In this document: one piece after another, positions 27,197 through 36,051 of the stretch
How positions within the stretch are numbered: the stretch's first letter is position 1
How the letters are laid out: the number at the start of each line of letters is the position of its first letter
Source: an uncultured Ruminococcus sp.
GTDB taxonomy: Bacteria; Bacillota; Clostridia; Oscillospirales; CAG-382
Assembly (NCBI GenBank): GCA_964487775.1
Contig: CAZASH010000005.1
Location: forward strand, 25,352-89,351
Direction of reading: 5' to 3'
DNA length: 64,000 bases
The notes under the pieces: generated by a model
What the model saw: the letters and a program-made list of their open reading frames with translations, nothing else
Database searches by the model: none
Told to the model about the DNA's origin: nothing
Position numbers and translations under genes: made by a program

Positions 27197-28023
27197 TGGA
27201 GCATATAGTTTGGTATCCGGGGCATATGGCAAAGGCAAAGCGCCTGATCGCCGAGACCTTGCCGCAGATAGATGCGGTCATAGAGCTGGCGGACGCAAGA
27301 GTGCCTGTCTCGAGCCGCAACCCCGATTTTGATAAGCTTTTTTCAGGCAAGCCAAGGCTGCTTTTGCTGACAAAGTCGTCGCTTGCCGATGCAGGCGCAA
27401 CAAAGCGCTTTGCTTCGTCGCTCGGTGCGATAGCCATAGACTGCAAGACAGGCAGCGGAATGCAGAGCATAGCGCCCGCAATAAGACAGCTTATGGCAGA
27501 ACGGCTTGAGCGCAACGCCATAAAGGGCGTTACACGTGACATCAGAGTGATGGTCGCAGGCATAACAAATGTCGGCAAGTCGACGTTTATCAACACCTTT
27601 TCGGGCACAAAAAAGGCAAAGGCAGAGGATAGACCGGGTGTCACACGCTCCAACACGTGGATACCCACCGACAAGGGCGTCGTCATGATGGACACCCCGG
27701 GTCTGCTTTGGCACAAGTTTGACGACCGTTCTGTCGCCGTCAAGCTCGCCTGCCTCGGCTCTATCAGAGATGACATCCTCGACCAGCTCGAGCTGGCGAT
27801 AGAATTGCTCGCAATGCTCAGGGTCAAATATCCCGAATTGCTCATTGAGAGATACAAGATAGGCAATATCGACGAGGACGAGGATAACTATGATCTTTTC
27901 TGCCGCATAGCCAAAAAGCGCGGCTTTATCCGCAGCAGGGCAGAGGTGGACGAAGAACGCACTGCCGCAGTCCTGCTCGACGAATTCAGAGGCGGCAGGA
28001 TAGGCAGAATAACGCTCGACTGA
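27196..28023 (+). CDS. rbgA: Ribosome biogenesis GTPase A (YlqF/RbgA)
   Basis: WYPGHMAKAKR, DARVPVSSRNP, and circularly permuted G motifs (LLTKSSL...GITNVGKSTFIN). Confidence 0.92.
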   Translation: MEHIVWYPGHMAKAKRLIAETLPQIDAVIELADARVPVSSRNPDFDKLFSGKPRLLLLTKSSLADAGATKRFASSLGAIAIDCKTGSGMQSIAPAIRQLMAERLERNAIKGVTRDIRVMVAGITNVGKSTFINTFSGTKKAKAEDRPGVTRSNTWIPTDKGVVMMDTPGLLWHKFDDRSVAVKLACLGSIRDDILDQLELAIELLAMLRVKYPELLIERYKIGNIDEDEDNYDLFCRIAKKRGFIRSRAEVDEERTAAVLLDEFRGGRIGRITLD

Positions 28024-28074
28024 GCGTGAGATAATATACAATTATAATCGAATAGAGAGGAGCTGTTTTGAGTC

Positions 28075-28707
28075 ATGATCGACTGGACGATGCAAAGGAC
28101 CTTTTATTCACAGGAGGTAAGTGTTATCTGTGGCTGCGACGAGGCGGGCAGAGGACCGCTGGCGGGGCCTGTTTTTGCTGCTGCCGTCATCCTGCCCAAG
28201 GACTGTCACATCGAGGGTCTCGGAGACTCAAAAAAGCTTTCAGAGCGCAAAAGAGACGAGCTTTTTGACATCATCAGAGAGCAGGCGATAGATTTTGCCA
28301 TCGAGAGGGCGGACGTCGCCGAGATAGAGGCTATCAACATTCTCAACGCTTCTATGCTCGCAATGCGCCGCGCGATAGAGGCCTTGCGCACAAGACCGGA
28401 TCTTGCGCTCATCGACGGCAATATCGTGCGCAATATTCCCGTGCCTGCAATAGCTGTCGTCAAGGGCGACGGCAAGATACCGTCCATCGCGGCGGCATCG
28501 ATACTTGCCAAGGTCTCGCGTGACAGATACTGCGTCGAGATGGATAAGATATATCCCGGCTATGATTTTGCAAAGCACAAGGGCTATCCCACTAAGGAGC
28601 ACAAAGAAGCTATATTAAAATACGGTCCGTGCCCTGCGCACCGTATGAGCTTTTTGAGAAAGACGCTTTATGGCACAGACAACGACACAATCAGGCAGAC
28701 GTGGTGA
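28075..28707 (+). CDS. rnhB: Ribonuclease HII
   Basis: CGCDEAGRGPLAGPV, DSKKLS, and HKGYPT near the C-terminus. Confidence 0.92.
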   Translation: MIDWTMQRTFYSQEVSVICGCDEAGRGPLAGPVFAAAVILPKDCHIEGLGDSKKLSERKRDELFDIIREQAIDFAIERADVAEIEAINILNASMLAMRRAIEALRTRPDLALIDGNIVRNIPVPAIAVVKGDGKIPSIAAASILAKVSRDRYCVEMDKIYPGYDFAKHKGYPTKEHKEAILKYGPCPAHRMSFLRKTLYGTDNDTIRQTW

Positions 28708-29092
28708 GGCGATAGCCGAGCGATATTATCTGTCTCAGGGCTTTAAGATAATAGCTCGCAACTATTCTGTCAGAGGCGGCGAAATAGATCTGGTCGCATA
28801 CAAGCACGGCGAGATAGTGTTTGTCGAGGTCAAGGCGAGATCGTCAGACCGCTTCGGCAGACCGTCGGAGGCGGTCGACGACCGCAAGATAGCGCATCTG
28901 CACAGGGCACAGCGAATGTTTTTGTATGACAATATGCATTCGGGACGCATCGAGGTCTGGTCGCCGATGCTTTCAAGAGGTGTTATGCGCAGGATAAAAA
29001 GGATCACCTGCGATATCGCCGAGGTGTATTTTGACGGCGAGGACGGCAGGGTAAATATTATTAAAAACGCATTTGAGGCGGCAGAGATATGA
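28670..29092 (+). CDS. yraN: YraN family (UPF0102) endonuclease-like protein
   Basis: GRRGEAIAERYYLSQGFKIIARNYSVRGGEIDLVA...VFVEVKAR. Confidence 0.85.
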   Translation: MAQTTTQSGRRGEAIAERYYLSQGFKIIARNYSVRGGEIDLVAYKHGEIVFVEVKARSSDRFGRPSEAVDDRKIAHLHRAQRMFLYDNMHSGRIEVWSPMLSRGVMRRIKRITCDIAEVYFDGEDGRVNIIKNAFEAAEI

Positions 29093-30567
29093 CTAACAAC
29101 GATAACATATATTATATTTCGACAAGGTCAACAGACGGCAAAAAATATACCGCGGCAGAGGTCATCAAGAACGGTCTGGCGGATGACGGCGGACTTTTTG
29201 TGCCCGAGCGCATACCCACGATAGCTTATGAGGACATCAAAAGAATGCGCCAAATGACCTATGCCGAGAGGGCAGCGCACGTGCTCGGAATGTTTTTGAC
29301 AGATTATGATAACGACGAATTGCTTTGCGCGGCGAACAACGCTTATTCGGCAGAGCATTTCGGCGAGCATCCCGCACCGCTTTGTATGCTTTGCGGCGAT
29401 GTGGGAGTTATAGAGCTGTGGCACGGCCCGACTGCGGCATTCAAGGACATGGCGCTGCAGATAATGCCCAGACTTTTGTCTTTGTCGCTTGGCAAAACAC
29501 ACGAAAAGCGTGATGCGCTCATACTCGTTGCCACGAGCGGCGATACCGGCAAGGCGGCACTCGAGGGCTTCTCGGGCGTTGACAGGACAGGGATACACGT
29601 TTTTTATCCTTCGGACGGCGTTTCGGATATGCAAAAAAGGCAGATGGCGACGACTGTCGGCGACAACGTCAAGGTCACTGCGGTGAGAGGCAATTTCGAC
29701 GACTGCCAGAGCGGCGTTAAAAAAATATTCTCCGACATCGATGCGGCACAGCGGTTGTCGCAAAAGGGCGTGTTTTTGTCCAGCGCAAACTCTATCAACT
29801 TCGGCAGGCTCGCACCCCAGATAGTCTATTATATCTCGTCGTACTGCGATCTGCTCGAGGGCGATATAATAAAATGCGGTGACAAGCTCGACATCACTGT
29901 TCCCACAGGCAATTTCGGCAATATTTTTGCGGCGTTTATAGCCAAAAAAATGGGTCTGCCTGTCGGCAGACTTGTCTGCGCATCAAACAAAAACCACATT
30001 CTCACTGATTTTATCGAGACAGGCGTCTATGACAGAAACCGTGAGTTTTATGCCACGACGTCCCCCTCGATGGATATTCTCATATCTTCAAACCTCGAGC
30101 GCCTGCTTTATTTTGTCGCAGGTGCAGAAAAAACACGCGAATATATGCATTCGCTGGCATCGACCGGCAGGTTTGAGGTCGACGAAGCCATAATGCAAAA
30201 GATACGCTCTGACTTTGTCGCCGCATACGCTGATGAAGAGCAGTGCGCAAGCGTCATAGCCGACGTTTTTAATGAGTTTAATTATCTTTGCGATACTCAT
30301 ACCGCAGTCGCTATGCACTGCGCAAGGAAATATAAAAACGGCAACACCGTCATGCTTGTCGCATCGACTGCGTCACCGTATAAATTTGCGCCCGCCGTTT
30401 TAAGCGCACTCGGCTGTGACGGCTTTGATGGCTATGAGGCGCTCGTCAAGCTTCACGAGCTGACAGGGGCAGAGATACCGTCCTGCCTTTGCGACGTGAT
30501 GTCAAAGCAGATAAGGTTCAAGGACGTTATAGACCCGTCCGAAATGCAGGCGGCGGTCATAGGCTGA
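29089..30567 (+). CDS. thrC: Threonine synthase (long form)
   Basis: GPTAAFKDMALQ (PLP lysine), ATSGDTGKAA, SANSINFGRL. Confidence 0.9.
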   Translation: MTNNDNIYYISTRSTDGKKYTAAEVIKNGLADDGGLFVPERIPTIAYEDIKRMRQMTYAERAAHVLGMFLTDYDNDELLCAANNAYSAEHFGEHPAPLCMLCGDVGVIELWHGPTAAFKDMALQIMPRLLSLSLGKTHEKRDALILVATSGDTGKAALEGFSGVDRTGIHVFYPSDGVSDMQKRQMATTVGDNVKVTAVRGNFDDCQSGVKKIFSDIDAAQRLSQKGVFLSSANSINFGRLAPQIVYYISSYCDLLEGDIIKCGDKLDITVPTGNFGNIFAAFIAKKMGLPVGRLVCASNKNHILTDFIETGVYDRNREFYATTSPSMDILISSNLERLLYFVAGAEKTREYMHSLASTGRFEVDEAIMQKIRSDFVAAYADEEQCASVIADVFNEFNYLCDTHTAVAMHCARKYKNGNTVMLVASTASPYKFAPAVLSALGCDGFDGYEALVKLHELTGAEIPSCLCDVMSKQIRFKDVIDPSEMQAAVIG

Positions 30568-30576
30568 CAAAAAGCA

Positions 30577-30771
30577 TCAGCAGATCGTGTCTTCCTCACG
30601 CTTTTTGAAGGTCGCGCAGACTGTTTCGCGGCATTCGTTGGCGTTTGATGGGCCTATCGAAACGGTTTTTGCGGTGCAGCCGCATTTGCCGTCGTGATAG
30701 CAGCAGGTGTGCACGGCGCAGTTTACGCCCTTGTTGCATTTGCATTTTTGCTCGTTTCTTTTGTCTTGCAT
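30577..30771 (-). CDS. DUF1540-like small Cys-rich protein
   Basis: Only the last 64 codons of track ORF 30577..31218 look real: MQDKRNEQKCKCNKGVNCAVHTCCYHDGKCGCTAKTVSIGPSNANECRETVCATFKKR. The ATG is at 30769-30771. Confidence 0.65.
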   Translation of the reverse strand: MQDKRNEQKCKCNKGVNCAVHTCCYHDGKCGCTAKTVSIGPSNANECRETVCATFKKREEDTIC

Positions 30772-30853
30772 GATAAAACCTCTTTCTCTTTTTTGACAAT
30801 AGTATTTCCGCACACATATCGGATTATTCATCGCAGCATTCACGGAGGGGGCT

Positions 30854-31558
30854 ATGGCAGTATATTGCATCTCTGATCTGCATCTGTCGTCGAGCGGCAA
30901 AAAGCCGATGGACGTTTTTGGCGCAAGATGGCAGGGACATATGCAAAGGCTCATTGAGGGCTTTGCAGACATCGGCGACGACGATACGGTCGTTATACCG
31001 GGCGACCTGAGCTGGGGCGACAGCGCCGAGGATGCAAAAAACGACTTTTTGTTTTTGTCAAGCCTTGGCGGCAAAAAAATAGTCGGCAAGGGCAACCACG
31101 ATTTTTGGTGGGCAACTTTGCCAAGGATGCAGTCGTTTGTCAAAGAGCTCGGCATAAGCAACATTTCGTTCTTGCGAAATAATGCATATATATGCGAAGA
31201 TATAATAGTTTGCGGCACAAAGGGCTATCTGCCTGTTTCGGGCGGAAAGACAGCCGACGACAAAAAATACGGTGACCGCGAGGCGACGAGGCTCGAGCTG
31301 TCTTTAAAAAGCGGCTTGGCGCTCGACCGTGGCGAGGGCAGAGAGCTTGTCGTGTTTTTGCATTATCCACCTGTCTACGGCACGCAGCAATGCGAGCAGT
31401 TGCTCGACGTGATATACAGATACCGCATAGGCAGAGTCTTTTATGGGCATATCCATTCGGTCGCCTCGGGCGCTCTGCACACGAGCGCAATGGGCGCATC
31501 ACTGCGGCTGATCGCAGCGGACGCTCTGGGCTTTAAGCCACTTAAAATATCCACTTAA
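30854..31558 (+). CDS. Calcineurin-like metallophosphoesterase
   Basis: ISDLHLS, PGDLSWG, GNHDFWW, HYPP, YGHIH. Confidence 0.8.
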   Translation: MAVYCISDLHLSSSGKKPMDVFGARWQGHMQRLIEGFADIGDDDTVVIPGDLSWGDSAEDAKNDFLFLSSLGGKKIVGKGNHDFWWATLPRMQSFVKELGISNISFLRNNAYICEDIIVCGTKGYLPVSGGKTADDKKYGDREATRLELSLKSGLALDRGEGRELVVFLHYPPVYGTQQCEQLLDVIYRYRIGRVFYGHIHSVASGALHTSAMGASLRLIAADALGFKPLKIST

Positions 31559-31589
31559 ACATTCACCCAAGATGAGAGGAATAAATAAA

Positions 31590-32420
31590 ATGTCTATAAT
31601 CATCGGCATAGATGTCGGCGGCAGCACGACTAAGATAGTCGGCTTTGAGGGCGACAGACTGCTTGAACCGTTTTTGGTCAAGGCAAACGATCCGCTTGCG
31701 TCGCTTTACGGCGCATTCGGCAGGTTCACGGCTATAAACAATATTCCGCTGTCAGAGATCGGCAGGATATACGTCACAGGCGCAGGCAGCAGCTTTGTCG
31801 AGCAATCGATATACGGCCTGCCCACCGAAAGAGTCGAGGAATTCGACGCGACCGGCAGGGGCGGACTTTATCTCTCGGGTCTTGACGAGGCGATAGTAGT
31901 CAGCATGGGCACAGGCACGGCGCTGGTTTATGCCAAGCGCGGAATGATATATGAGCATCTCGGCGGCACAGGCGTCGGCGGAGGCACCTTGATAGGACTT
32001 TGCAAAAGGCTTATGTCGCTATCCGATGCCGATGCTATATCGGAGCTCGCAAAGGATGGCGAGCTTGGCAACGTCGATCTTTTGATCAAGGACATTTCGT
32101 GCGGCAATATCCCGACGCTCGAGGCGAATGCGACCGCATCCAACTTCGGCGCTTTGTCAGAGCTTGCCACCAATGCCGATATTGCGCTCGGCGTGCTCAA
32201 TATGATATTCGAGACCGCAGGAGTTCTGGCGGTATTCGGCGCAAGGCTCAAAAAGCTCGACAAAATAGTGCTCACAGGCAATATTTCAGTGATACCTCAG
32301 GCGAGAGAGCGGTTTGATATACTCGAAAAAATGTTTGGCGTGCAGTTTATCATCCCCGACAATTCGGCTTACGCCACAGTCATCGGCGCAGCCCTGGCAG
32401 CGAAAGATACCGACAAATGA
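31590..32420 (+). CDS. coaW: Type II pantothenate kinase-like (ASKHA superfamily)
   Basis: IIGIDVGGSTTKIVGF, MGTGTALV, LGGTGVGGGTLIGL. The start could be 31572 or 31590; I chose 31590 for its RBS spacing. Confidence 0.6.
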   Translation: MSIIIGIDVGGSTTKIVGFEGDRLLEPFLVKANDPLASLYGAFGRFTAINNIPLSEIGRIYVTGAGSSFVEQSIYGLPTERVEEFDATGRGGLYLSGLDEAIVVSMGTGTALVYAKRGMIYEHLGGTGVGGGTLIGLCKRLMSLSDADAISELAKDGELGNVDLLIKDISCGNIPTLEANATASNFGALSELATNADIALGVLNMIFETAGVLAVFGARLKKLDKIVLTGNISVIPQARERFDILEKMFGVQFIIPDNSAYATVIGAALAAKDTDK

Positions 32421-32854
32421 ATCAGGATAATATTCAAAACAATCAAAACAATCAGAATAATCAAAACAGACCCTGGAACAAAAAAATATTTGCATTGCTT
32501 TTAGAGCGTGCTCAGGGCGAACGCAGCGTAAGGCAGTTCGCCGAGGAGTGCGAGATCAGCTATGTGCAGATGCGCAAATTGCTCATGATGGAGCAGGAGA
32601 ATCCGCCCCGTCCCAAGCTTATGCGCAAAATAGCCGACCACGCCTTTGGCGAGGTCGACCTTGCGGACCTTATGTTTGCGGCAGGCATAACGCAGCAGCC
32701 AAAGAAATCGCGCGTCGATACCGCCGATCAGATGATGCAGGTCAATGTCGGCATCAAGTTTCGCAGTCTTTCGGTCAAAGAGAGCAAAATGGTCGAGGAA
32801 TATATCGACTATCTCATCTGGCGCAAAAAGCCGAGCGAAGGCGAAGAGAAATAA
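32417..32854 (+). CDS. Helix-turn-helix domain protein with a QNN-repeat N-terminus
   Basis: The HTH-like segment is RSVRQFAEECEISYVQMRKLL. The N-terminus (NNQNNQNNQN) is encoded by a caaaacaat-type 9-bp tandem repeat. Confidence 0.6.
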   Translation: MNQDNIQNNQNNQNNQNRPWNKKIFALLLERAQGERSVRQFAEECEISYVQMRKLLMMEQENPPRPKLMRKIADHAFGEVDLADLMFAAGITQQPKKSRVDTADQMMQVNVGIKFRSLSVKESKMVEEYIDYLIWRKKPSEGEEK

Positions 32855-32873
32855 AAATAAACCAGAAATCAGA

Positions 32874-33137
32874 TCACAAAAACAGCATTGCCGCTATAAA
32901 CAGCAATATCATGTCGCTTGACATATCTGAATCAAGCAGCAGCAATATTCCGATGGCGATTATCAATAGGTCGTCGGTCTCGAGCCTTTTTAAAAACGAC
33001 AGGTCGATAAAGCTTTTGTGCGTTTGAACAGGCTCGGGCGGCGTTTTGGGCACCTCGGGCACGGGCATCGGCTCTTGCCACTGAGGGGCAAAGCCGCCGC
33101 CGTCCTGAACAGTGCCGAAATCACGGCTGTATATCAT
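32874..33137 (-). CDS. Small hypothetical protein with a C-terminal membrane segment
   Basis: The start was moved to the ATG of MIYSRDFG, 5 nt after GGAGGTGG. It has a Pro-rich middle and a hydrophobic C-terminus (LLIIAIGILLLL...ILLFIAAMLFL). Confidence 0.55.
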   Translation of the reverse strand: MIYSRDFGTVQDGGGFAPQWQEPMPVPEVPKTPPEPVQTHKSFIDLSFLKRLETDDLLIIAIGILLLLDSDMSSDMILLFIAAMLFL

Positions 33138-33399
33138 TTTTGCCACCTCCAAATCGTTTTACTGCCGAGACAGCGGTGAGCGCGTTTATCAGCATATCTA
33201 TTTTCTGCTTTTTGTCGTCGCGCATTACCGCCTTTAAGCCGATCAGCAGTGAAATGCGAGGGTCGGACTGCATGCTTTTTGCCGCATCTGGCGTGCTTTG
33301 ACGGTCAGCTCCGAGCGACGACGCTATGCTCGAAATTTTTGCCACCGCCTCGGGGTCTGCAAGCAGAGCCCCGACCTTGGCAGCGAGCTCGGCATCCAT
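33121..33399 (-). CDS. Small hypothetical protein
   Basis: A 92-aa ORF in an operon with its neighbours (2-nt gap upstream, 17-nt overlap downstream). I recognise no family. Confidence 0.5.
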   Translation of the reverse strand: MDAELAAKVGALLADPEAVAKISSIASSLGADRQSTPDAAKSMQSDPRISLLIGLKAVMRDDKKQKIDMLINALTAVSAVKRFGGGKNDIQP

Positions 33400-33400
33400 C

Positions 33401-33646
33401 TCAAATGCTCCTCAGAATGCGCGCAATATCCTCTGCCTTGTCTTTGCCTATGCTTTGCATAAGCCTTTCGGCGTCGGCGCTGCTCATGCCGGATATCGCG
33501 TTTTTAATGCCGCTTATGTTGCTTTTAAACATCGCCGCCTTGGTGCTGTCTGCCCCTGCGGCGTCGCATATCGCACCGATAAGCGCTCTGAATTCATCGT
33601 CGCTCAGCGACAAAAGCCGTTTTTTGGTGTTGTCATCAAAATTCAT
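33401..33646 (-). CDS. Small hypothetical protein
   Basis: An 81-aa helical-looking ORF, the first gene of a three-gene minus-strand cluster. I recognise no family. Confidence 0.5.
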   Translation of the reverse strand: MNFDDNTKKRLLSLSDDEFRALIGAICDAAGADSTKAAMFKSNISGIKNAISGMSSADAERLMQSIGKDKAEDIARILRSI

Positions 33647-33678
33647 ATCAAAAACCCCCGTTAAGAATTATTTTGTAG

Positions 33679-34197
33679 GTGATAAGAATGTATAAGTGTA
33701 GACCCGAATGCAATACAAAGGCAGCCTTTTTGACAGTCGCAGTCTCTATAATCGTGTGCAGTGCGTGCTTTATAGTGTCTGTCTGCGTCGAAAGCTATGG
33801 CGGTTTGATACAGCTCGGCGGAGTTGTATTGCTCACCGCTGCGATATTTGCCATATCCCGCTTTGTGCTCACCGATATGGAATACACGCTCACAAACGAC
33901 AGCTTTTCGGCAGCAAAGGTCTGGCCCAACCGCTCTCAGGGCGTTTGCAGTCTCGACCTCGATACCGCCGTTGCATTGGTCGACAAGCAGACCTTCAAGG
34001 CAGAGTATGCAAAAAAGGTCAATATAAGATATAACTGCTGCCGCAATATAGGCGCAAGGTCGTATTTTTATATCTGCGAATTCAACGGCAAGCTTGCCTC
34101 GATCGAATTTGAGCCTAACGCTCCGTTTTTAAAGATAATGTCAGACATCGTCGAGCAGAAGATCGCTATGAGAGATAGCGAGCGTACTCCTGATTGA
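33679..34197 (+). CDS. Hypothetical membrane protein (2 TM segments plus a soluble domain)
   Basis: GTG at 33679 or ATG at 33688. The TM segments are FLTVAVSIIVCSACFIVSVCV and LGGVVLLTAAIFAISRFVL. Its 3' end overlaps the convergent gene by 32 nt. Confidence 0.5.
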   Translation: MIRMYKCRPECNTKAAFLTVAVSIIVCSACFIVSVCVESYGGLIQLGGVVLLTAAIFAISRFVLTDMEYTLTNDSFSAAKVWPNRSQGVCSLDLDTAVALVDKQTFKAEYAKKVNIRYNCCRNIGARSYFYICEFNGKLASIEFEPNAPFLKIMSDIVEQKIAMRDSERTPD

Positions 34198-35929
34198 TCG
34201 CCTGCCAGGTCAGACTGCCGACTATTCCGTCGGCGTCAAGGCCGTAATACGTCTGAAACTCCTTGACCGCCGCCTCTGTCTGCGAGCCGAATATACCGTC
34301 GATGGCTATCTGCCTTATCGACGGCACGGCGTTTCTTATCGCAGACAGTGCGGTCTGAATATATACCACGCTTTCACCCGACGCCCCACGCCTGATGGGG
34401 TAGCCGGGGTATTCTTTTATTCTGTCGTCGTGAATGCTGTCGCCGCCGACCGCATAATAGGTTTCGACTATCGCATCCCACGTCGCTTTTGGAATATTGC
34501 CTGTTTCGGTGAGTCCGTAATAAGCCTGAAACGCCTTGACCGACGTCAGCATATCCTCGGTGAAAACACCTGTTATCGCAAGGTCGGGCACGACGTCCGC
34601 ACCCAGAACGAGAGAGATAGCGTGCAGGTAATATTGCATACGCAGCACCTCGCTGCCTCTGTCGCCAAGCTGCAGCGTTCTGCCGCCGAATGTGTCGCTC
34701 TGCTCTCGCTCGCCCTCGCTGCCAAGCTCGGCGAGCTTTTTTACTGCGTTATAGATATACACCAGCCTATACCATGTGTCACGGTCGACGACGCCTGTTT
34801 CGTTTATGCCGAAAACTCTTTGAAAAGCCTTGACCGAGGTCTCGGTATCGTCGCCGAAAATGCCGTCCTGATACCTGATGAATGGTATCGACGGGAAGTT
34901 TATCGCCACTCTGTTGAGCCTGTATTGCAAAAGAGTTACGCCTTCGCCGTTCGAGCCCTTGAATAATTCCCCCGGGAACGATGGCGGCATCTGCATGACC
35001 TCTGCCGAACGCTGCTCGATGTCTCTGCCGTAATAATAGCGCACTATTTCGAGCGCATCATAGCCCCTGCGTGCAAGCGGCACCGTGCCCCATTGAGAGA
35101 GCCCGTCACATATGACAGACGCACCGTCGCAGTATTCGGCATAAAACGGCTCGATAGTTCCGCTGCGTGCGAGATAGCTTGTAAACAGCCTGTCGGCGGC
35201 GGCATCTATCGTGTCGAATATCGCCCTGTCCTTGACAAACGACTGGTCGAACGCCGTCGACGAGGTTATGTCAAAGTCATAGCCCTGCGACCTGTACCAT
35301 TCGGTGTATATCCTGTTTAACGCAAGCGACGTTATGCACAGGATGTTTGCATCGAGGCTCTGCTCTGGCCACGTCGGGTATATCTCGCTCGAGGCACAGT
35401 TTTTGATGTAATACAAAAACGGCACTGTGACGTTCTCGGCGTTGCTGCCGGGCGTGCCGAGATGCACGGTTATTGTTTCGGGTATAGTCGGTCTGCGCTG
35501 AAACAGCATATTTGCGGCAGGCAGTGCCGATATGTTCTGCTCTGTTCTCGACGGAGCAAGCGTATACAGCTTGTGCGGCGGCGTGATTATCACCTTTTCA
35601 AAGCCGTCTGTGTCGTCGGTGAACGGTATCATCTCGATCTGCTGAATGCTGTTTATGCCCGAAAACACCTGTATTCCGAAAATATTTATTGTGAGATAGC
35701 CTGCCGAAATAATTCGTATGTCGACCGTGGTATACGGCTTTTCTTTGACCCTTGGTGATAATGCATAAGAATCGGGCGGCGTTTTTATGACAAATGTAAC
35801 CCTGCCGCTGCTGTCTGTCAAAAGCGCCTCTGTGCCTGCCTCGCCCGAGCGTATGACCGTAGCGCCGACCACGGGCTCAAAGCTGCCCTCTTTCAGCAGC
35901 CTTATCTCGAGTGTTCCGGTGTCTGCCAA
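34166..35929 (-). CDS. Peptidoglycan-binding protein: N-terminal carboxypeptidase-regulatory-like beta domain, a central putative cell-wall-enzyme-like domain, and three PG_binding_1 repeats
   Basis: TTG start after AAGGAG. Three repeats of the pattern Q..LN/L......DGIFG..T..AVK.FQ...GL..TG/DG......TW are present. The central domain assignment is uncertain. Confidence 0.7.
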   Translation of the reverse strand: MADTGTLEIRLLKEGSFEPVVGATVIRSGEAGTEALLTDSSGRVTFVIKTPPDSYALSPRVKEKPYTTVDIRIISAGYLTINIFGIQVFSGINSIQQIEMIPFTDDTDGFEKVIITPPHKLYTLAPSRTEQNISALPAANMLFQRRPTIPETITVHLGTPGSNAENVTVPFLYYIKNCASSEIYPTWPEQSLDANILCITSLALNRIYTEWYRSQGYDFDITSSTAFDQSFVKDRAIFDTIDAAADRLFTSYLARSGTIEPFYAEYCDGASVICDGLSQWGTVPLARRGYDALEIVRYYYGRDIEQRSAEVMQMPPSFPGELFKGSNGEGVTLLQYRLNRVAINFPSIPFIRYQDGIFGDDTETSVKAFQRVFGINETGVVDRDTWYRLVYIYNAVKKLAELGSEGEREQSDTFGGRTLQLGDRGSEVLRMQYYLHAISLVLGADVVPDLAITGVFTEDMLTSVKAFQAYYGLTETGNIPKATWDAIVETYYAVGGDSIHDDRIKEYPGYPIRRGASGESVVYIQTALSAIRNAVPSIRQIAIDGIFGSQTEAAVKEFQTYYGLDADGIVGSLTWQAINQEYARYLS

Positions 35930-35981
35930 AATAAATCAACTCCTTTTGCTCTATTTTATGCGCTTTTGGTGCGTTTGTTGC

Positions 35982-36010
35982 TTGCATTTTGGGTGATTAT
36001 TTGGTATTAT
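35982..36010 (+). promoter_or_regulatory. Candidate sigma-A promoter for the GlpA-like operon
   Basis: TTGCAT (35982-35987), a 17-nt spacer, then TATTAT (36005-36010). Confidence 0.5.
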
Positions 36011-36051
36011 TGAGATAATAAATATACCCATACAAAGGGGAGTGTAACATT

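Noticed and set aside
30772-31218. The upstream 149 codons of track ORF 30577..31218 (213 aa).
   Set aside because: This part overlaps the metallophosphoesterase gene on the other strand and has an odd composition. Only the terminal 64 codons, starting at the ATG at 30771, form a coherent DUF1540-like Cys-rich protein.
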